The notes: generated by a model from the letters alone, not told the origin. A DNA stretch of 64,000 bases from Chiloscyllium plagiosum (GCF_004010195.1 NC_057719.1:88067352-88131351); one strand, 5' to 3'. Shown: positions 12,206 to 25,600, counted from the stretch's first letter. Translations and numbers: made by a program.

Positions 12206-13304
12206 ATGTGTATGTACACTTCTAAGTTTCTGTGTCCTGTGCCCCTTTAAAATTGTACCATTTAGTTTATTATTGCCTCTATGCATTCTTGCAGCAACAT
12301 TGAATGTACCATATTTCTGAGCCCAAAGTTTTCTTCCTGAGGTGTGATCCCTCCCAATTTGTTGATGATACAAAGATGGTGAGGAAAGTGAGTTATGAAG
12401 AGGCCATAGAGAGGCTATGGAGATGTTAAATGGGCAAAGATCTGGCAGATGGAGTACAATGTGTGAAAATGTGAAATTGTCCATTTTAGGACAAAATATA
12501 AAAAAGCATATTATCTAAGTGGTGAGAAGTGCCAGAGTTCTGGGATACATAGAGATCTGGGTGCCCTAGTGCACGGTCTTAGCCTTCCCATATTTGGAGG
12601 AAATTGTTACTCATTGAGAATTGGATGTCTGACAACTAGTCTAGTAATTGAGCAACAGTGGAGGAGCCCAACAAGGTTATATGATAAGGTGTTGTCAGAG
12701 TACATAAGACAATTAATGTTGTATTTTTGGATGATGTTGCCCAAGGGTAGTGTGCAAATTAGAAATAGGAGGGGTTTCAAGGGTAGAAATTTCACTGATA
12801 CTGAATGCAGTGGTCCAGGAAGAGAAGGCAGTGTTAGTTATACTTTGGGTATAATTTGGTAAGAATGAAGCTAAGTAAAATCAGCCTCAACCATATTGGA
12901 GTTAGCTTTGTCAAAGGCCACAGGCAGGCTAAGAAGGAAAAGATAGTGAATGTTCATCTTTAACAGAGTCACAGAAACCTGTTTGAAGGATTCAAACATA
13001 GATCCTGGAAAGATGGGAGTAGACTGTAAGAAACAAGGACCAGAAATAGGCCATTCAGCTTATTTCGCATAACAGTAAGGGGAGGTGCCTTATTTTTAAA
13101 CTGTGTCCTCCAGTTCCAGTAAGGGGAAATATTCTCTCAACATCTACCATCTAAGAGCTCCCTCAGAATCTCATGTTTCAATAAGCTCTCCTCAGGACCT
13201 TATATGTTCTAATAAGGACTTGAGTATAAAAAGGCAGTGAGAGAACATTTATTGGCTGCGATGGGGACCAGTTGGTGAAGTTGGATTGGCAGCAGTTTGG
13301 GTAG

Positions 13305-13392
13305 AGAGTGTGGTGCTGGAAAAGCACAGCAGGTCAGGGAGCAGCCAAGGAGCAGGAAAATTATTGTTTTGGGCAAAAGCCCTTCATCAGGA
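13305..13392 (-). mobile_element. Penelope-derived short element
   Basis: Family sequence ending cccttcatcagga. TSD agtttgggtag at 13294-13304 and 13393-13403. Confidence 0.8.
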
Positions 13393-14911
13393 AGTTTGGG
13401 TAGGAATAGGGTGGAGCAAACAGGAAATTAATCTCATTAATTAGATGAGTTTGGATAGGGCATGATGGAGATATGGACAAAAAGGTAGAAGCTGTTTGTC
13501 TTTGTAGCCTCGTGTAAGGGACATGACAGCGGCAGCTAATTAGTTTGTCTTGGTCTTATTGATCCAGAGCTGCATGCTACAATTGTACCCTACAATTGTA
13601 AGTGAGGGTACTGAGAGGAAGGTTTAAGATGATGATTTGTAGTAAACAAACTATGTCATCATTGCAATCGAGGATGTTACAGGAATAACGAGTGGATGAA
13701 GGCAGGATTCTAGTGTTCTATGTGGTCCAATCAGACATTGCACTGCATGACTAAACCAATTGTCTGACATCCTTTCAAATAGGACCTCCTTTTCAATCTC
13801 ACTGCTCTCCAGATCTAACTTCCAACATGTCTTTGCACTTAAAGTTTCCCTATTTGGATCTTAAATCTGATCATATGCCCCCCACCTCAAAATACTCACC
13901 ACTTGCCAGCTGTGAGAATGTGTGGTCTGTTACTGGCATGGGCTTGGACCTTCCTTACTTGCTTTCGAGCAATAGCACAAGCCTTTCCATTACTATGATG
14001 ATTACATAATCCAGGACCTTGATGACAATAAAGTTCTAGTCAAAAGAATTTGGTTTTTAGTGTGCTTTACTTTAATCCTGAGAGAAATAAAACACAATTA
14101 ATAAAATTATACTAACCAAATTTTTAAAAGACGTTTAATACTGCAAAGGGAATGAAAGGGAGATTAGGTTGCATTTCAGCAATTTATGAGTTTGCTTGTT
14201 CCAAAGAAATAGGAGATAAATCTGTAGCTGGTCCTTAATATCTGGAGCAGCAATGATGAGTTATTTTGCAGTATTAATACCACTTGGGAATGTTATCCCG
14301 CAAAGTAGTCATGAGAAAGCCTGAAGCTGTGTGATTCTTATAGAAAAGTTTAAACTCTTGTGAAGTTTATACCTTCAAAATAAGTTCTTATTCACAATCC
14401 TCATAGCTATGTCCACCTCAGCACAAAACAATGAAGATCACCCACAGCAAGAATTTTGTTGTCCCTGCTTACCTTCCTGTCGCTTTCATCACCAAATTCT
14501 GGATTACAGTTGGAGAATTGGTTTGTCCAAATCCACTAAAGTGGCAATTCTTATGAGGAATAGAGTGAAAAGGGGAGCAAGGGAGAAGGAGCATGAATTG
14601 GGAAAAGGAAAGTCAGAGACTGGGGAATGTCAAATGAATAGAGGAAGAGAATGAGTGAAAGAATGAAGGGAAATAAGCAGAGAGATGTTGCTCATTCGAC
14701 ACAGAGTTCACTCGCTGTGCTCTGACGTTCACTCATTCTGGACTAATGGCATATCTTAAAGTCATCTAGGTTTGGCATCACTTGTCTGGTATCTGAGTTC
14801 ACTTGCTGCGCAATAATGTGGTTGTTATTTTTGCTTACAGATGTGTATAGATGGAAATTTGGATTTTTTGTGAAGAACATCCTGTGGTCGATGAGTTTTG
14901 CAATCTAAACC

Positions 14912-15702
14912 ATGGATCTCCCGACACTGCAGCCTCCTGCCACCAGCCAGAATTGGAAGACCATCCTCCCTCCCCAGCGCAAGTACAGGCAACAGCTGCA
15001 CAGGCAATACATTAAAGATGCATCTCTGAACTTGAAATTCTCCCAGGATGTAGTTAACTCCATGCTATTTTACCAGGTCCCTTTCAAGGAAAGAGATGGC
15101 AGAAACATGTTCAATCTCTTCGAGGTTGTCGCACGCGAAGGGGTGAAAGATCACGCGCCCCGCAGGCCTGGCCACTTGAAGCGAGTGTCGCGTCACCCCA
15201 AGACTCTTCGCCAGGTGCCCAAGAGGGAGGCGAAAGGTGAAGGGGCAGCACTGGTCACAGACCGCTCTGACCAGAGATTGACAGCCAGCCATCTGCACAA
15301 GGGTGCCAGCTCTGCTGAAATGATCCCCTCATCAGAGAGCAGCAGTCCTGTAGCAGGAGCATTGAAGGTTCCAGCACTGGAGCAAAGTGGAGACATCCCC
15401 GAGAGAGCAGCAAAAGATTCCACCAGCGAGCTGCGTGAGACATGGGATGAGTACCTGGTGAAGAAAGTGAGCAAGAGGATGGCACAGTGGCTAGTGACCA
15501 AGCAGATGCCCAGGGGCCCGTCTCGTGCCAGACTCGGGGGACTCCTGCAGGATCATTATGGTTCTGCCCACACCCATGCCCTGATAGAGGACGAGACTAT
15601 GACCCCCAGTGACTTCCTCCTGTATGACCAAATCAAAGTCCAGGAGCCCATCGTGACCACAGTTAGGAAAGAGACCAAGACTCCACTGACTGCCTACTAC
15701 AG
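14912..15702 (+). CDS. HEATR4: HEAT repeat-containing protein 4, coding exon 1 (exon starts at 14841)
   Basis: Acceptor ttttgcttacag ends at 14840. ATG is in strong context (accATGG) with an in-frame TAA just upstream. The frame is open for 263 codons, including WDEYLVKKVSKRMAQWL, and ends AYYR at donor AG|GTACTG (phase 2). Confidence 0.88.
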
Positions 15703-15823
15703 GTACTGATACTCAGCACAAGCTCCCAGTGCATCTTGCTGAGATCTTCCTAGTGTAACAATCTGCAGGAGATTGTGTTGATTTTGTGTTGCAATTATAA
15801 CACTTTGCATTATAGAAGGTACT

Positions 15824-15965
15824 AGGAGAAAGTGAGGACTGCAGATGCTGGAGTTCAGAGCTGAAAAATGTGTTGCTGAAGAAGGGCTTATGCCCGAAAC
15901 GTCGATTCTCCTGCTCCTTGGATGCTGCCTGACCTGCTGCGCTTTTCCAGCAACACATTTTTCAG
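15824..15965. mobile_element. Penelope-derived fold-back element with an intact hammerhead core on +
   Basis: CTGAAGA a gggc ttat gccc GAAA c GTC at 15876-15903. 14-bp TSD ttatagaaggtact at 15810-15823 and 15966-15979. Confidence 0.88.
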
Positions 15966-16089
15966 TTATAGAAGGTACTGTCAATCTTGCCTTTGCCAGC
16001 ATCTTAAAGGAGCTATTTGTTGTTTTCATGTGGCCTTGCAAATTGTTCTGATTTAAGTCTATATACAGTTCCCTGTTGATTGGTGTTGT

Positions 16090-17075
16090 AGAGTCATATA
16101 ACACAGAAGCTGACCCTTCAACCCAACTTGTCCACGTCTACCACATTTTCTAAATTGACTTAGTCCCATTTGCCTACATTTTGGCCCAAATCCCTCTAAA
16201 GTTTTCCTATCTGTGTAACTGTCCAAATATATTTTATAAGTTGTAATTGAACTTGTCTCTACCACTTCCTCTGGCAGCTCGCTCCATAAAGTCAACACCC
16301 TCTGTGTGAAAACGTTGCCTCTCGGATCCCTTTTAAATCTTTTCCCTCTCACCTTCAGTCTCTGCCCTCTAGTTTTGAACTGTACTATCCTGGGGAAAAG
16401 ATCTTCACATTATCAATGCCCCTTTGGCAGTCAAGAACTTATCTAACTCTGTTTTAAATACATTCAGTCATTTGCCCTGCCTTATTTCTCAAGAGGAACT
16501 CACGTTTTGCCCCTTCTCTCATAGGGCCGTCTACATATTAATGGTGTGGACTTGTTGGGCCGAAGGGCCTGTTTCCACACTGTAAGTGATCTAATCTAAT
16601 CTAAGTGTTAAAATCCCCTACAGTTATATTATTAACTCTATATTTTTAAAGCTTTCTACAATCTCCCTACATTATTTTCTCCTCAATTTCCCACTGATTA
16701 CTGGGATACTATAATACTCAGGTCCATCAAAGTGATCACTCCATTCTCATTTCTCAGTTCCACCCATATAACTTCACTGGATGATCCTCTAGGAATATCG
16801 GCTCTAGTACTGCTGTGATGTTTTGCCTAATCAAACACACCACTTTCGCTCCTCTCTTGAGTCTCCTTCTATCCTTCCGACAGCATCTGTATCCCAGAAC
16901 GTTGAGCTGCCAATCCTGTCCGTCCCTTACATGTTCAGTAATAGCTATGATATCCCAATCCCATGTTCTCATCCATGCCCTGAGTTCATCTCCTTCACCT
17001 GTCAGGCCACTTGCATTGAAATAAATGCCGTATAATTCATCAGTCTTCCCTCGTTCTCTGCCATGCTCTTTCTTG
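16090..17075 (-). mobile_element. CR1 fragments (3' tail and APE endonuclease part), with an HE1 3' stub (+, 16543-16604)
   Basis: ORF 16059-16352 gives FTQRV..WSELPEEVVE. ORF 16754-17089 gives DIIAITE...DWQLNVLGYRCCRKDR (APE domain). Confidence 0.8.
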
Positions 17076-17759
17076 CGCATTAAAAACAAAATCTCATCAT
17101 CTTTTGGAGTTGTCTTGCCAACTATGTTAAATTTCTGATTACTGACCGTACTGCCATTGGAAACAGTTTCTCTCTCTTAACTGTGTCAAAATCTCTCATC
17201 ATTCAGACACCTCTGGCAAATCTCCCCTTCTCCTCTGTTTAAGGAGAACAACATAGCTTATACCCCTTAATGTAACTGGTGTCCCATTCTTGCTATTGTT
17301 GTGATAAATCACCTCTGTACCATCTTTAAGACCTTGACATCAGTGCTTCAGTTGAGGTCTGACTAATATTGTAACATGCACTAACTTGGCATTGCTACTA
17401 CCTGTGGCATTACCTGAAACCCATATACTCTCTGCTTGATCTAGCCAATTGTGTTCAGAAATGTAATTCTTCCATTAAACCTGTTTTTTTTTATTTTGTC
17501 AGCTCAGTCATTTTACTTACTGTCACACAGAGTCCTTGCATTGTTCTTCAGCTCAACCTTCCTCCAGCTGTAACTGTGCCAAAAGAAGGCCTCTGAGTAT
17601 GGTCAGCTGGAGTGTGGCATCACCTCCACTTAGAGACCACTGATTATCCCACCCAGAAAGTGTGTGTGCTGGGCAATCCTGGCTACAAATACTGCCCTCT
17701 GGTCTGATCTGGATAACTGTTCTGGTTCTGGGCAGTGCATCTCATAAAGAATATATTGA

Positions 17760-19407
17760 CTTTGAAGAGGATCATGGAAGATATAGAATGTGGGGAAATA
17801 GATGGTGATACCTTGAAAAATGCCCATATTATAGAGGAGGAAGTGCTGGATATCTTGAAACACATAAAGTGGATAAATCCCCAGGACCTGATCAGGTGTA
17901 CCCTAGAATTCTGTGGGTAGCTAAGGAAGTGATTGCTGGGCTCTTACTGAGATAGTCACAGGTGAGGTACCAGAAGACTGGAGATTGATTAATGTGGCAC
18001 TATTTAAGAAAGGTGGTAAGGAAAAGCCAGGGAACTATAGACCGGTGAGCCTGACGTCAGTGGTGAGCAAGTTGTTGGTGGGAATCCTGAGGGACAGGAT
18101 TTACATGTATTGGGAAAGACGAGGACTGATTAGGGATAGTCAGCATGGCTTTGCATGTGGAAAATCATGTCTCACAAACTTGATTGAGATTTTTGAAGAA
18201 GTAACAAAGAGGATTGACGAGGGCAGAGCGATAGACGTGATCTATATGGACTTCAGTAAGGCGTTCAACTAGGTTTTCCATGGGAGTCTGGTTAGCAAAG
18301 TTAGATCTCATGGAATACTCAGGGAGAACTAGCCATTTGGAAACAGAACTGGCTCGAAGGTAGAAGACAGAGGATGGTGGTAGTGGATTGTTTTCCGACT
18401 GGAGGCCTGTGACCAGTGGTGTACCACAAGGATTGATGCTGGGTCCACTGCTTTTCGTCATTTATATAAATGGTTTGGTTGTGAACGTAGGAGGCATAGT
18501 TAGTAGGTTTGCAGATGACACCAAAATTGGAGGTGTAGTGAACAGCAAAGAAGGTTACCTGAGTGTACAATGGGATCTTGATCAGATGGGCGAATGGGCT
18601 GAGAAGTGGCAGATGGCGTTTAGTTAAATAAATGTGTGGTGCTGCATTTTGGAAAAGCAAATCCGAGCAGGACGTAATGGTAAGGTCCTTGGGAGTGTTG
18701 CTGAACAAAGAGACCTTGGAGTGCAGGTTCATAGTTTCTTGAAAGTGGAGTCGCAGGTAGATAGGATAGTGAAGAAGGCGTTTGGCATGCTTTCTTTTAT
18801 TGGTCAGAGCATTGAGTACAGGAGTTGGGAGGTCATATTGTGGCTGTACAAGACATTGGTTAGGCCACTTTTGGAATATTGCATGCAATTCTGGTCTCTT
18901 TCCAATCCAAAGGATGTTGTGAAAGGATTCAGAAAAGATTGACAAGTATGTTGCCAGGGTTGGAGGATTTGAGCTATAAGGAGAGGCTGAATAGGCTGGA
19001 GTTGTTTTCCCTGGAGCATCGGAGGCTGAGGGGTGACCTTATAGAGGTTAATAAAATCATGAGGGGCATGAATAGGGTAAATAGACAAGGTCTTTTCTCT
19101 GGGGTGGAGGAGTCCAGAACTAGAGGGCATAGCTTTAGGATGAGAGGGGAAAGATATAGAAGGGACCTAAGGGGCAACTTTTTCACGCAGAGGGTGGTGC
19201 GTGTATGGAATGAGCTGCCAGAGGAAGTAGTGGAGGCTGGTACAATTACAACATTTAACAGGCATCTGGATGGGTATATGAATAGGAAGGGTTTATTGGG
19301 ATATGGGCCAAGTGTTGGGAAATGGGACTGGATTAGGTTAGGATATCTAATTGGTGTGGACGAGTTGAACTGAAGAGTCTGTTTCCGTGCTGTATGACTC
19401 TATGACT
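17760..19407 (+). mobile_element. CR1/HER1-like LINE, 5'-truncated and frameshifted
   Basis: GNYRPVSLTS, SQHGF, DFSKAF, GVPQG..LGPLLF and FADD across broken frames, with a (tatgactc) tail. Confidence 0.93.
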
Positions 19408-20688
19408 GTGGGATGCAACACAAACTAAGTAGGTGTTTGATGAGGGGACCAGTTGCACACACTCGGTTTGTATGCCCTTGAATCCAGATGTTGAAGGATG
19501 ATATTATCAATTGGTTGCACATGATTATGGACTTCAGTAGGGAAGACATAGTGAAACTATTTCTTCTGGTGGAGAAATCCAAAACAGGGATCCACAATAA
19601 TTAGGCTTTTTAAGAGTGAAATCAGGAAGGAATTTTTCACACAAAGTAGAACCCTCACTCTCTCCTTCTCTTGTTCTTGCTCTCTCTCGCGCTCTCTCAT
19701 TCTTGCTCTCTCTCGCGCTCTCTCATTCTTGCTCGCTCACGCCTGACAATGAGTTGGGTGGGTTTGGGTGTGTGTGTGTGCGCGCGTGTGTGTGCGTGCG
19801 TGTAGGTGTTGAGTGATTCCCCTTTGACGCACTGCCTGATATTGGATGGCACAGTGACAGAATAGAACTGAAAATGTGTTGCTGGAAAAGCGCAGCAGGT
19901 CAGGCAGCATCCAAGGAACAGGAGTGTCAGTTCAAACTTTCAGGGAGAGATTGTCAGAAAGAATAAACTTTGATATGTGTAGCTCCTTGCAGAATCTTGG
20001 GATGACTGTCAACCAGTGAAATATTTTTGACATAGAATCACAGTGTAGTGGAGCATTACATTGTGCTCTACCAGGCATGTGTAAGAACAATCCAATTTGT
20101 CCATTCTCAATCCTTTCCCAGCGTCCTGTAGATTTTAGCTTTTCACGTCCAGCTGTCTTTCACAAGTTACATTTGCTATGACAGCCCATTCAGTCAATGT
20201 GATGAAGTATGTTGTAGAGAATTTAAAGTACTATCTGATTTATCTTTTACATCTTTATCAATTTAATGTATGACTGCATGTGTCACTCAGGAATAGCCAT
20301 TCTAGGCTGATCAATGCAACTCTCAACAGTCTTTGCTTTTAACTCTGGGTTTTGACACTGGGCATTAGCTTGAACTTGCACATGTCCCTGTTTTGTACTG
20401 TCATCCCACATTTGTTCCTTTCGATAACATTCTTCCTAACCAGCAGCATTAGGCACTGTGTCCACCCATAAAGTTGTATATTATTAATAAATTACTATGA
20501 AAGACCTCAGCAGTATAAATGCATCCAAGTGAAACATTTTTGTGAGATTATTGCTGTCAACGCATGCTACCTTTAAGTCTTCACTAAGCATTCAAGACCA
20601 CCATCACGTAAGTACGAGCCAGGATGCCAGGGGAAGGTGTTTTTCTTCAAATTAGATCTTATCTAGCTATCTCAGGAAGCAAATGGAG

Positions 20689-20865
20689 TCATCTGAAAGA
20701 TGGCACCCCTGACAGTGCAGCACTCCCTCAGTTCTGCACTGGAGCATCAAACTTGTTTTTTATTGTGCTCTTGCCCCCCCTGCCCCCCACCCCCCCCTGC
20801 CGGACCAGGAGTTGAACCTTAAATTTAGTCACTCACAGGTGAAAAGTGCTGCTGCCTGAGCTGCA
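20689..20865 (-). mobile_element. Deu-domain SINE (SacSINE1/AmnSINE-like); relatives at about 45036-45180 and 56690-56880
   Basis: tgacagtgcagcactccctcagttctgcactggag matches the recalled Deu-domain on the reverse strand. Confidence 0.65.
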
Positions 20866-21392
20866 CCTGGCTTCAAAAAGAAAATCATAGAACTTATAGC
20901 ATGAGAGGAGCCCATTGAACCCAATATCTGTGCAGGTTCTTCACATGACATATCCATTCCAATTTATTTGCCTGTTTTTTCCCATGTGCTAAAAGGTAGA
21001 GTATATGTTTTAGACTTGCAGGGTCAGCAAGTAAACATGTGATTGGGAAAAATTTAAATGACGGTTCCTAGCTATTAACCTATTTGGGCAGCTATGATTC
21101 AAGAATGTTTAATTTGATGAGTAAGGAGGGATAAGCACTGACCCTGATTAGACAGTGATCAAAGTCTTGCTGAAGTTTGTGCTCTGTGAGGTATTTCTGT
21201 GTATCAGGACAAGATAATAACAAGAACAGCAGTTGTGGCTGGCAACATGTTATTGTGTTCCGAGGAAGGGTCACCAGACCTGAAATGTTAACTTTGATTT
21301 CTCTTCCAAATGCTGCCATACCATTTGTGAGCTCTTCCAGCAACTTCTGTTTTTGTTGTTGTTGAACATGTTATTATGGTTGGCTTTCACAG

Positions 21393-21571
21393 GGTTCCTG
21401 GGTTTGACCTGAATGAAGGCATGGAGGAACCTGGATCTGTAAATCGAACGGCAGCCAACCTGAAAGTGAAGCATTTTGAATCTCCCCCAAAACCCAAGAC
21501 CATCTTGAATTCAAAGCTTGGAAAACATGTCTATTACACTGAGAATGTGTTTGAACAAGAACTGTACACTG
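21393..21571 (+). CDS. HEATR4: HEATR4 coding exon 2
   Basis: Acceptor tttcacag|, phase 2 in. Encodes VPGF...GKHVYYTENVFEQELYT, resembling human GKFAYSTDNTFEQEIY as recalled. Donor G|GTAATT, phase 1. Confidence 0.9.
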
Positions 21572-21767
21572 GTAATTTGAGACATTAAGAACTGAGCAAC
21601 TGTTTACAGGAAGTGCAGAGAAACTGAGTACTACATTTCTTGATGTATTGCTAAATAATGAGATTCTTATTAGTATTCAACACTAGCTGACAATCCAACA
21701 TCAGATTCTAAGGCTCCCAATCCTTTCCCATTCTTCCCACTTCCCACAAAGCTCCTGTCAATTCACT

Positions 21768-22075
21768 GGGTAGCATGGTGGCTCAGTGGTTAGCATGCGG
21801 ATTCAATTCCAGCCTCGGGCGACTGTCTGTGTGGAGATTGGACATTCTCTCTGTGTCTGCGTGGGTTTCCTACCACAGTCCAAAGATGTGCAGGTTAGGT
21901 GAATTGGCCATGCTAAATTGCCCATAGTGTCCAGCTTTGTGTAGATTAAGTGCATTAGTTAGTGGTAAGTGTAGAGTAATAGGGTAAGGGAATGGGTCTG
22001 AGTGGGTTAGAGGGTCAGTGTGGACTTTTTGGGCCAAATGGCCTGTTTCCACACAGTAGGTGTTCTATGATTCTG
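21768..22075 (+). mobile_element. HE1-like SINE
   Basis: gggtagcatggtggctcagtggttagc head and HE1 body and tail. Confidence 0.85.
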
Positions 22076-22544
22076 TGATTAACTCTGTTGTGGTTCAGGG
22101 GATTGGGTATAACCTGTGTGTCTTATGCTGATAATGTCCAACATTTCAACAGGATGTGTGTTGGAGCTTCATTTTATTTCAATGTGGTAGTATCACACTG
22201 AGACCTGTGGCAAATTGAAATCTTTTGTGCACTTCCATTCAAATCTACAGCATAGAACATTGGATCAGAGCAACATTAATACCAGGCATTACTGTTGTAT
22301 GTTGACTCATTCAAGCTTTTACTCCTCCACTAAAAAGGGTTAATGGCATAAACAACCCAAGAAATGCTATTGGAGGTGTATTTGTTGAGTTGCTCAATAC
22401 TGATTCCCTTTGCCTGACCAGACTGAAGAGCATGTTTCAGACACCCCCTCCACTGCCATATCACAGGGTCAGAATCTTGGAAATTCCTATCTGACAGCAC
22501 TGAGATTGTAAATTCCAGGCAACCAATTATTCCTTCTCAAGGGC

Positions 22545-22720
22545 AGAAGTCACACAACACCAAGATATAGTCCAACAGGTTTATTAGAAATCACCAGCTT
22601 TTGAAGTTCTCCTTCTTTGTTAGGTGAAGTGTCACTTCACCTGACAAAGTAGCAGTGCTTCAAAAGCTGGTGATTTCTCATAAACCCGTTGGGCTATAAC
22701 TTGGTGTGGTGTGACTTCTG
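22545..22720. mobile_element. Fold-back element of a second Penelope subfamily (AGCT-type hammerhead, decayed)
   Basis: Inverted arms of about 85 bp centred on gaagtg-t-cacttc. The right arm reads cac-ctgacaa-agtagc-agt-gcttc-aaaa-gctg-gtg. Confidence 0.75.
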
Positions 22721-23167
22721 ACTTTATCCACTGCAGTCCAACACTGGCACCTTCATATCATGGCCTTCTCAAGAGGTGTTGGGAATGGGAAACAAATGCT
22801 GGTTTAGCCATAGAGTCGATACTGTGTAAGCAGGCCATTCAGACCTTTGAGTCCGCACTGCACTTCTGAATCTGGATCTAGAATTCAGAGGAAAGGGTAT
22901 GGATTTTAAGTCACTTGCAAAAGAAGTAAATGTGATGAGAAGAAACTTTTTCACTCAGCGAGCTGTTAGGTTTTGGAAGACAGTGCCTGGAAATGTGGTG
23001 GAAACAGATTCAATTGAGGCATTCAAGAAGGCATTGAGCGATTACTTGAATAGAAAGAATATACAGTGTTAAAGAGGAAAGATTTGAGGATGGTACTGAA
23101 TTCATTTGAAGTTGTGCAGATAATATGGGCTGAAAGCACCTCTTCTATACTGTAGCATATCTGTTAG

Positions 23168-24355
23168 TGAAACAAAAACCAAAATTGCTGATGAAACTGC
23201 GAGCAACTGTGGATTAGATTAGATTAGATTAGATTAGATTACTTACAGTGTGGAAACAGGCCCTTCGGCCCAACAAGTCCACACCGACCCGCCGAAGCGT
23301 AACCCACCCATTCCCGTACATTTACCCCTATGGGCAATTTGGCATGGCCAATTCACCTGATGTGCACATCTTTGGACTGTGGGAGGAAACCGGAGCACCC
23401 GGAGGAAACCCACGCAGACACGGGGAGAATGTGCAAACTCCACACAGTCAGTCGCCTGAGTCGGGAATTGAACCCGGGTCTCTGGCGCTGTGAGGCAGCA
23501 ATGCTAACTACTGTGCCACCATGCCACTGTGGAGAGAAAGCAGAGTTCACGTTTCAGCTCCAGTAAGTGATCCTCCTTCAGAACTAGATAACGAGGCAAA
23601 AGTGATCTATACACTAAAGGCAGGAGCAGAGGGGAGGTTAAAGGAGAAAGTCAGACAAACAAATGGATGATCAGGTAGACAAAAAAGCTGATAGTGGGGA
23701 TTATAAGTACTGTATATGCTGAAAACAGCCTGTGTCATGACAGGGCCAGGAGTGTAGGGGTGGATAAAGTGTTCAGGTTCTAAAATGATTGAATTCAATG
23801 TTGAGTCTTGAAGGCTGCAGGATCCCCAAGCAGAAAATGAGGTGATGTACTTCCAGCTTCCTCTGAGTCTCAATGAAGCACTGCAGCAGGCCCGAAATGG
23901 AAATGTTGGCCAGGGAACATGGTGGTGTGTTGAAGTAGCAGGCAGCTGGGAGCAGACAGAACATAGATGTTCCGCAAAGTGGTTGCCCAGTCTACATTTC
24001 GTCTCCCTATTGTACAGGAAGCCACATTGTGAGCAGCAAATACAGTAGGCTAGATTAAGTTGCTACTTCACCTGGGAGGTGTGTCTGGGGCCGTGGATAG
24101 TGAGGAGGAAGGAAGTAAAAAGGTGAGTGCTGTACCTTCTGTGATTGCACAGAAAGGTGCTGTAAGGATGTGAGGAGATGTTGGGAGTGGAGGAGGAAAT
24201 GGACCAGGGTGTCTCAGATTGAATACTCTATGCAGAATGCTGACAAGGGAGAGGAGGGGAATATGTGTCTGGTTGTGGCATATTGCTGGAGAAGGTGGCT
24301 TATGATCATTTGTGTATGGAGGCTGGTGAGGTGGAAAGTGAGGACTGTGATTTGA
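23168..24355 (-). mobile_element. Penelope-like element (GIY-YIG plus terminal repeat) interrupted by an HE1 SINE
   Basis: ETQRKLEVHHLIFCLGILQPSRLNIEFNHF and the LLYNRETKCRLGNHFAEH region. The terminal repeat is split at 23212-23525. Confidence 0.8.
23214..23525 (-). mobile_element. Young HE1-like SINE
   Basis: Near consensus with a (ttaga)n tail, flanked by the direct repeat actgtgga. Confidence 0.92.
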
Positions 24356-24719
24356 ACCTGTGTCTCTAGATGGCATTGGGAAGCCAGTTTTAGCAGTTAT
24401 AGCACCTGTTAACCAATATTTTTCCAGGGGAATGACATTACAGTAGAGATGCAGAGAACCCTACCCACCCCACCCTCAACCCCACATCACTTTTACAGCT
24501 CATCTTGTCACAACTCTGAAGAGCAGAGCAGGATGTTGGAGCACTATTGCAGCAGCAATGAGAGAAATGGTAACAGCACATGAGGGGAAGGAAAAGCCCT
24601 CAGAACAGAGGTCTTTTTGTATTTGATCTGCAGTGCAGGCATGTTTGACAGCTGAGCTCAAACTATGATCTTCACAGCAAACTATTTGAACAGAAGGACT
24701 TTGGAGTTCAGATGCACAG

Positions 24720-25600
24720 TTCTTCAAAAATGGAGTCACAGGTAGACAGGACAGTGAGGAAGGCCTTTGGCACACTGGCCTTCATCAGTCAGGGCTCTGA
24801 GTATAGAAGTTGGAAAGTTATGTTGCAGTTTTACAGGACTTTGGTGAGGCCGCATTTGAAGTATTGTGTTCAGTCTTGCTAAAGGAAGGATGTTATTAAA
24901 CTGGAAAGAGTGCAGTAGGAATTTACAAGGATGTTGCCAGGACTCAATGGTCTGAGTTATAGGGAGAGGTTGGACAAGCTAAGACTTTTTTCTTTCGAGC
25001 ATAGGAGACTGAGCGGGGATCTTATAGAAATGTACAGGATCATGAGAGGCATGGGTCGAGAGTGTGGTGCTGGAAAAGCACAGCAGATCAGGCAGCATCC
25101 GAGGATTAGGGGAATCGTCATTTTGGGCATAAGACCATCGGGAATTTCCTGATGAAGGGCTTATGTCCAAAATATTGATTCTTCTGCTCCTCGGATGCTG
25201 CCTGACCTGCTGTGCTTTTCCAGCACCACACACTTGACTCTGATCTCCAGCATCTGCAGTCCTCACCCTCTCCTCCATGAGAGGCATGGATAGGGTGAAT
25301 GCAGTCAGTCATTTTCCCAGGGTTGAGAAATCGAGGGCTAGAGGTTGGCAGTTTAAGGTTAGGGGGCGAAAATAAAGGGGACAACTTCTTTATGCAGAGG
25401 ATGGTATACTTATGGAATGAGCTGCCAACGAAAGTAGTTGAGGCAGATACTTTAACAACATTTAAAAGGAATTTGGACAAATATGTGGATGGGGAATGTT
25501 TAGAAGGATATGGGCCAAGTGCAGGGAAATGGGGTTAGCATTGATGGATATTTTGGTAGGCATGGACCAGTTTGGGCTGTGCTGGAGGACTCTATGACTA
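24720..25600 (+). mobile_element. CR1 3' fragment containing a Penelope-derived fold-back (25055-25275)
   Basis: CR1 C-terminal motifs are split by an insert flanked by a 14-bp TSD catgagaggcatgg (25041-25054, 25276-25289). Confidence 0.88.

Noticed and set aside
17760..19407. Active LINE or domesticated RT gene
   Set aside because: 5'-truncated with multiple stops and frameshifts.
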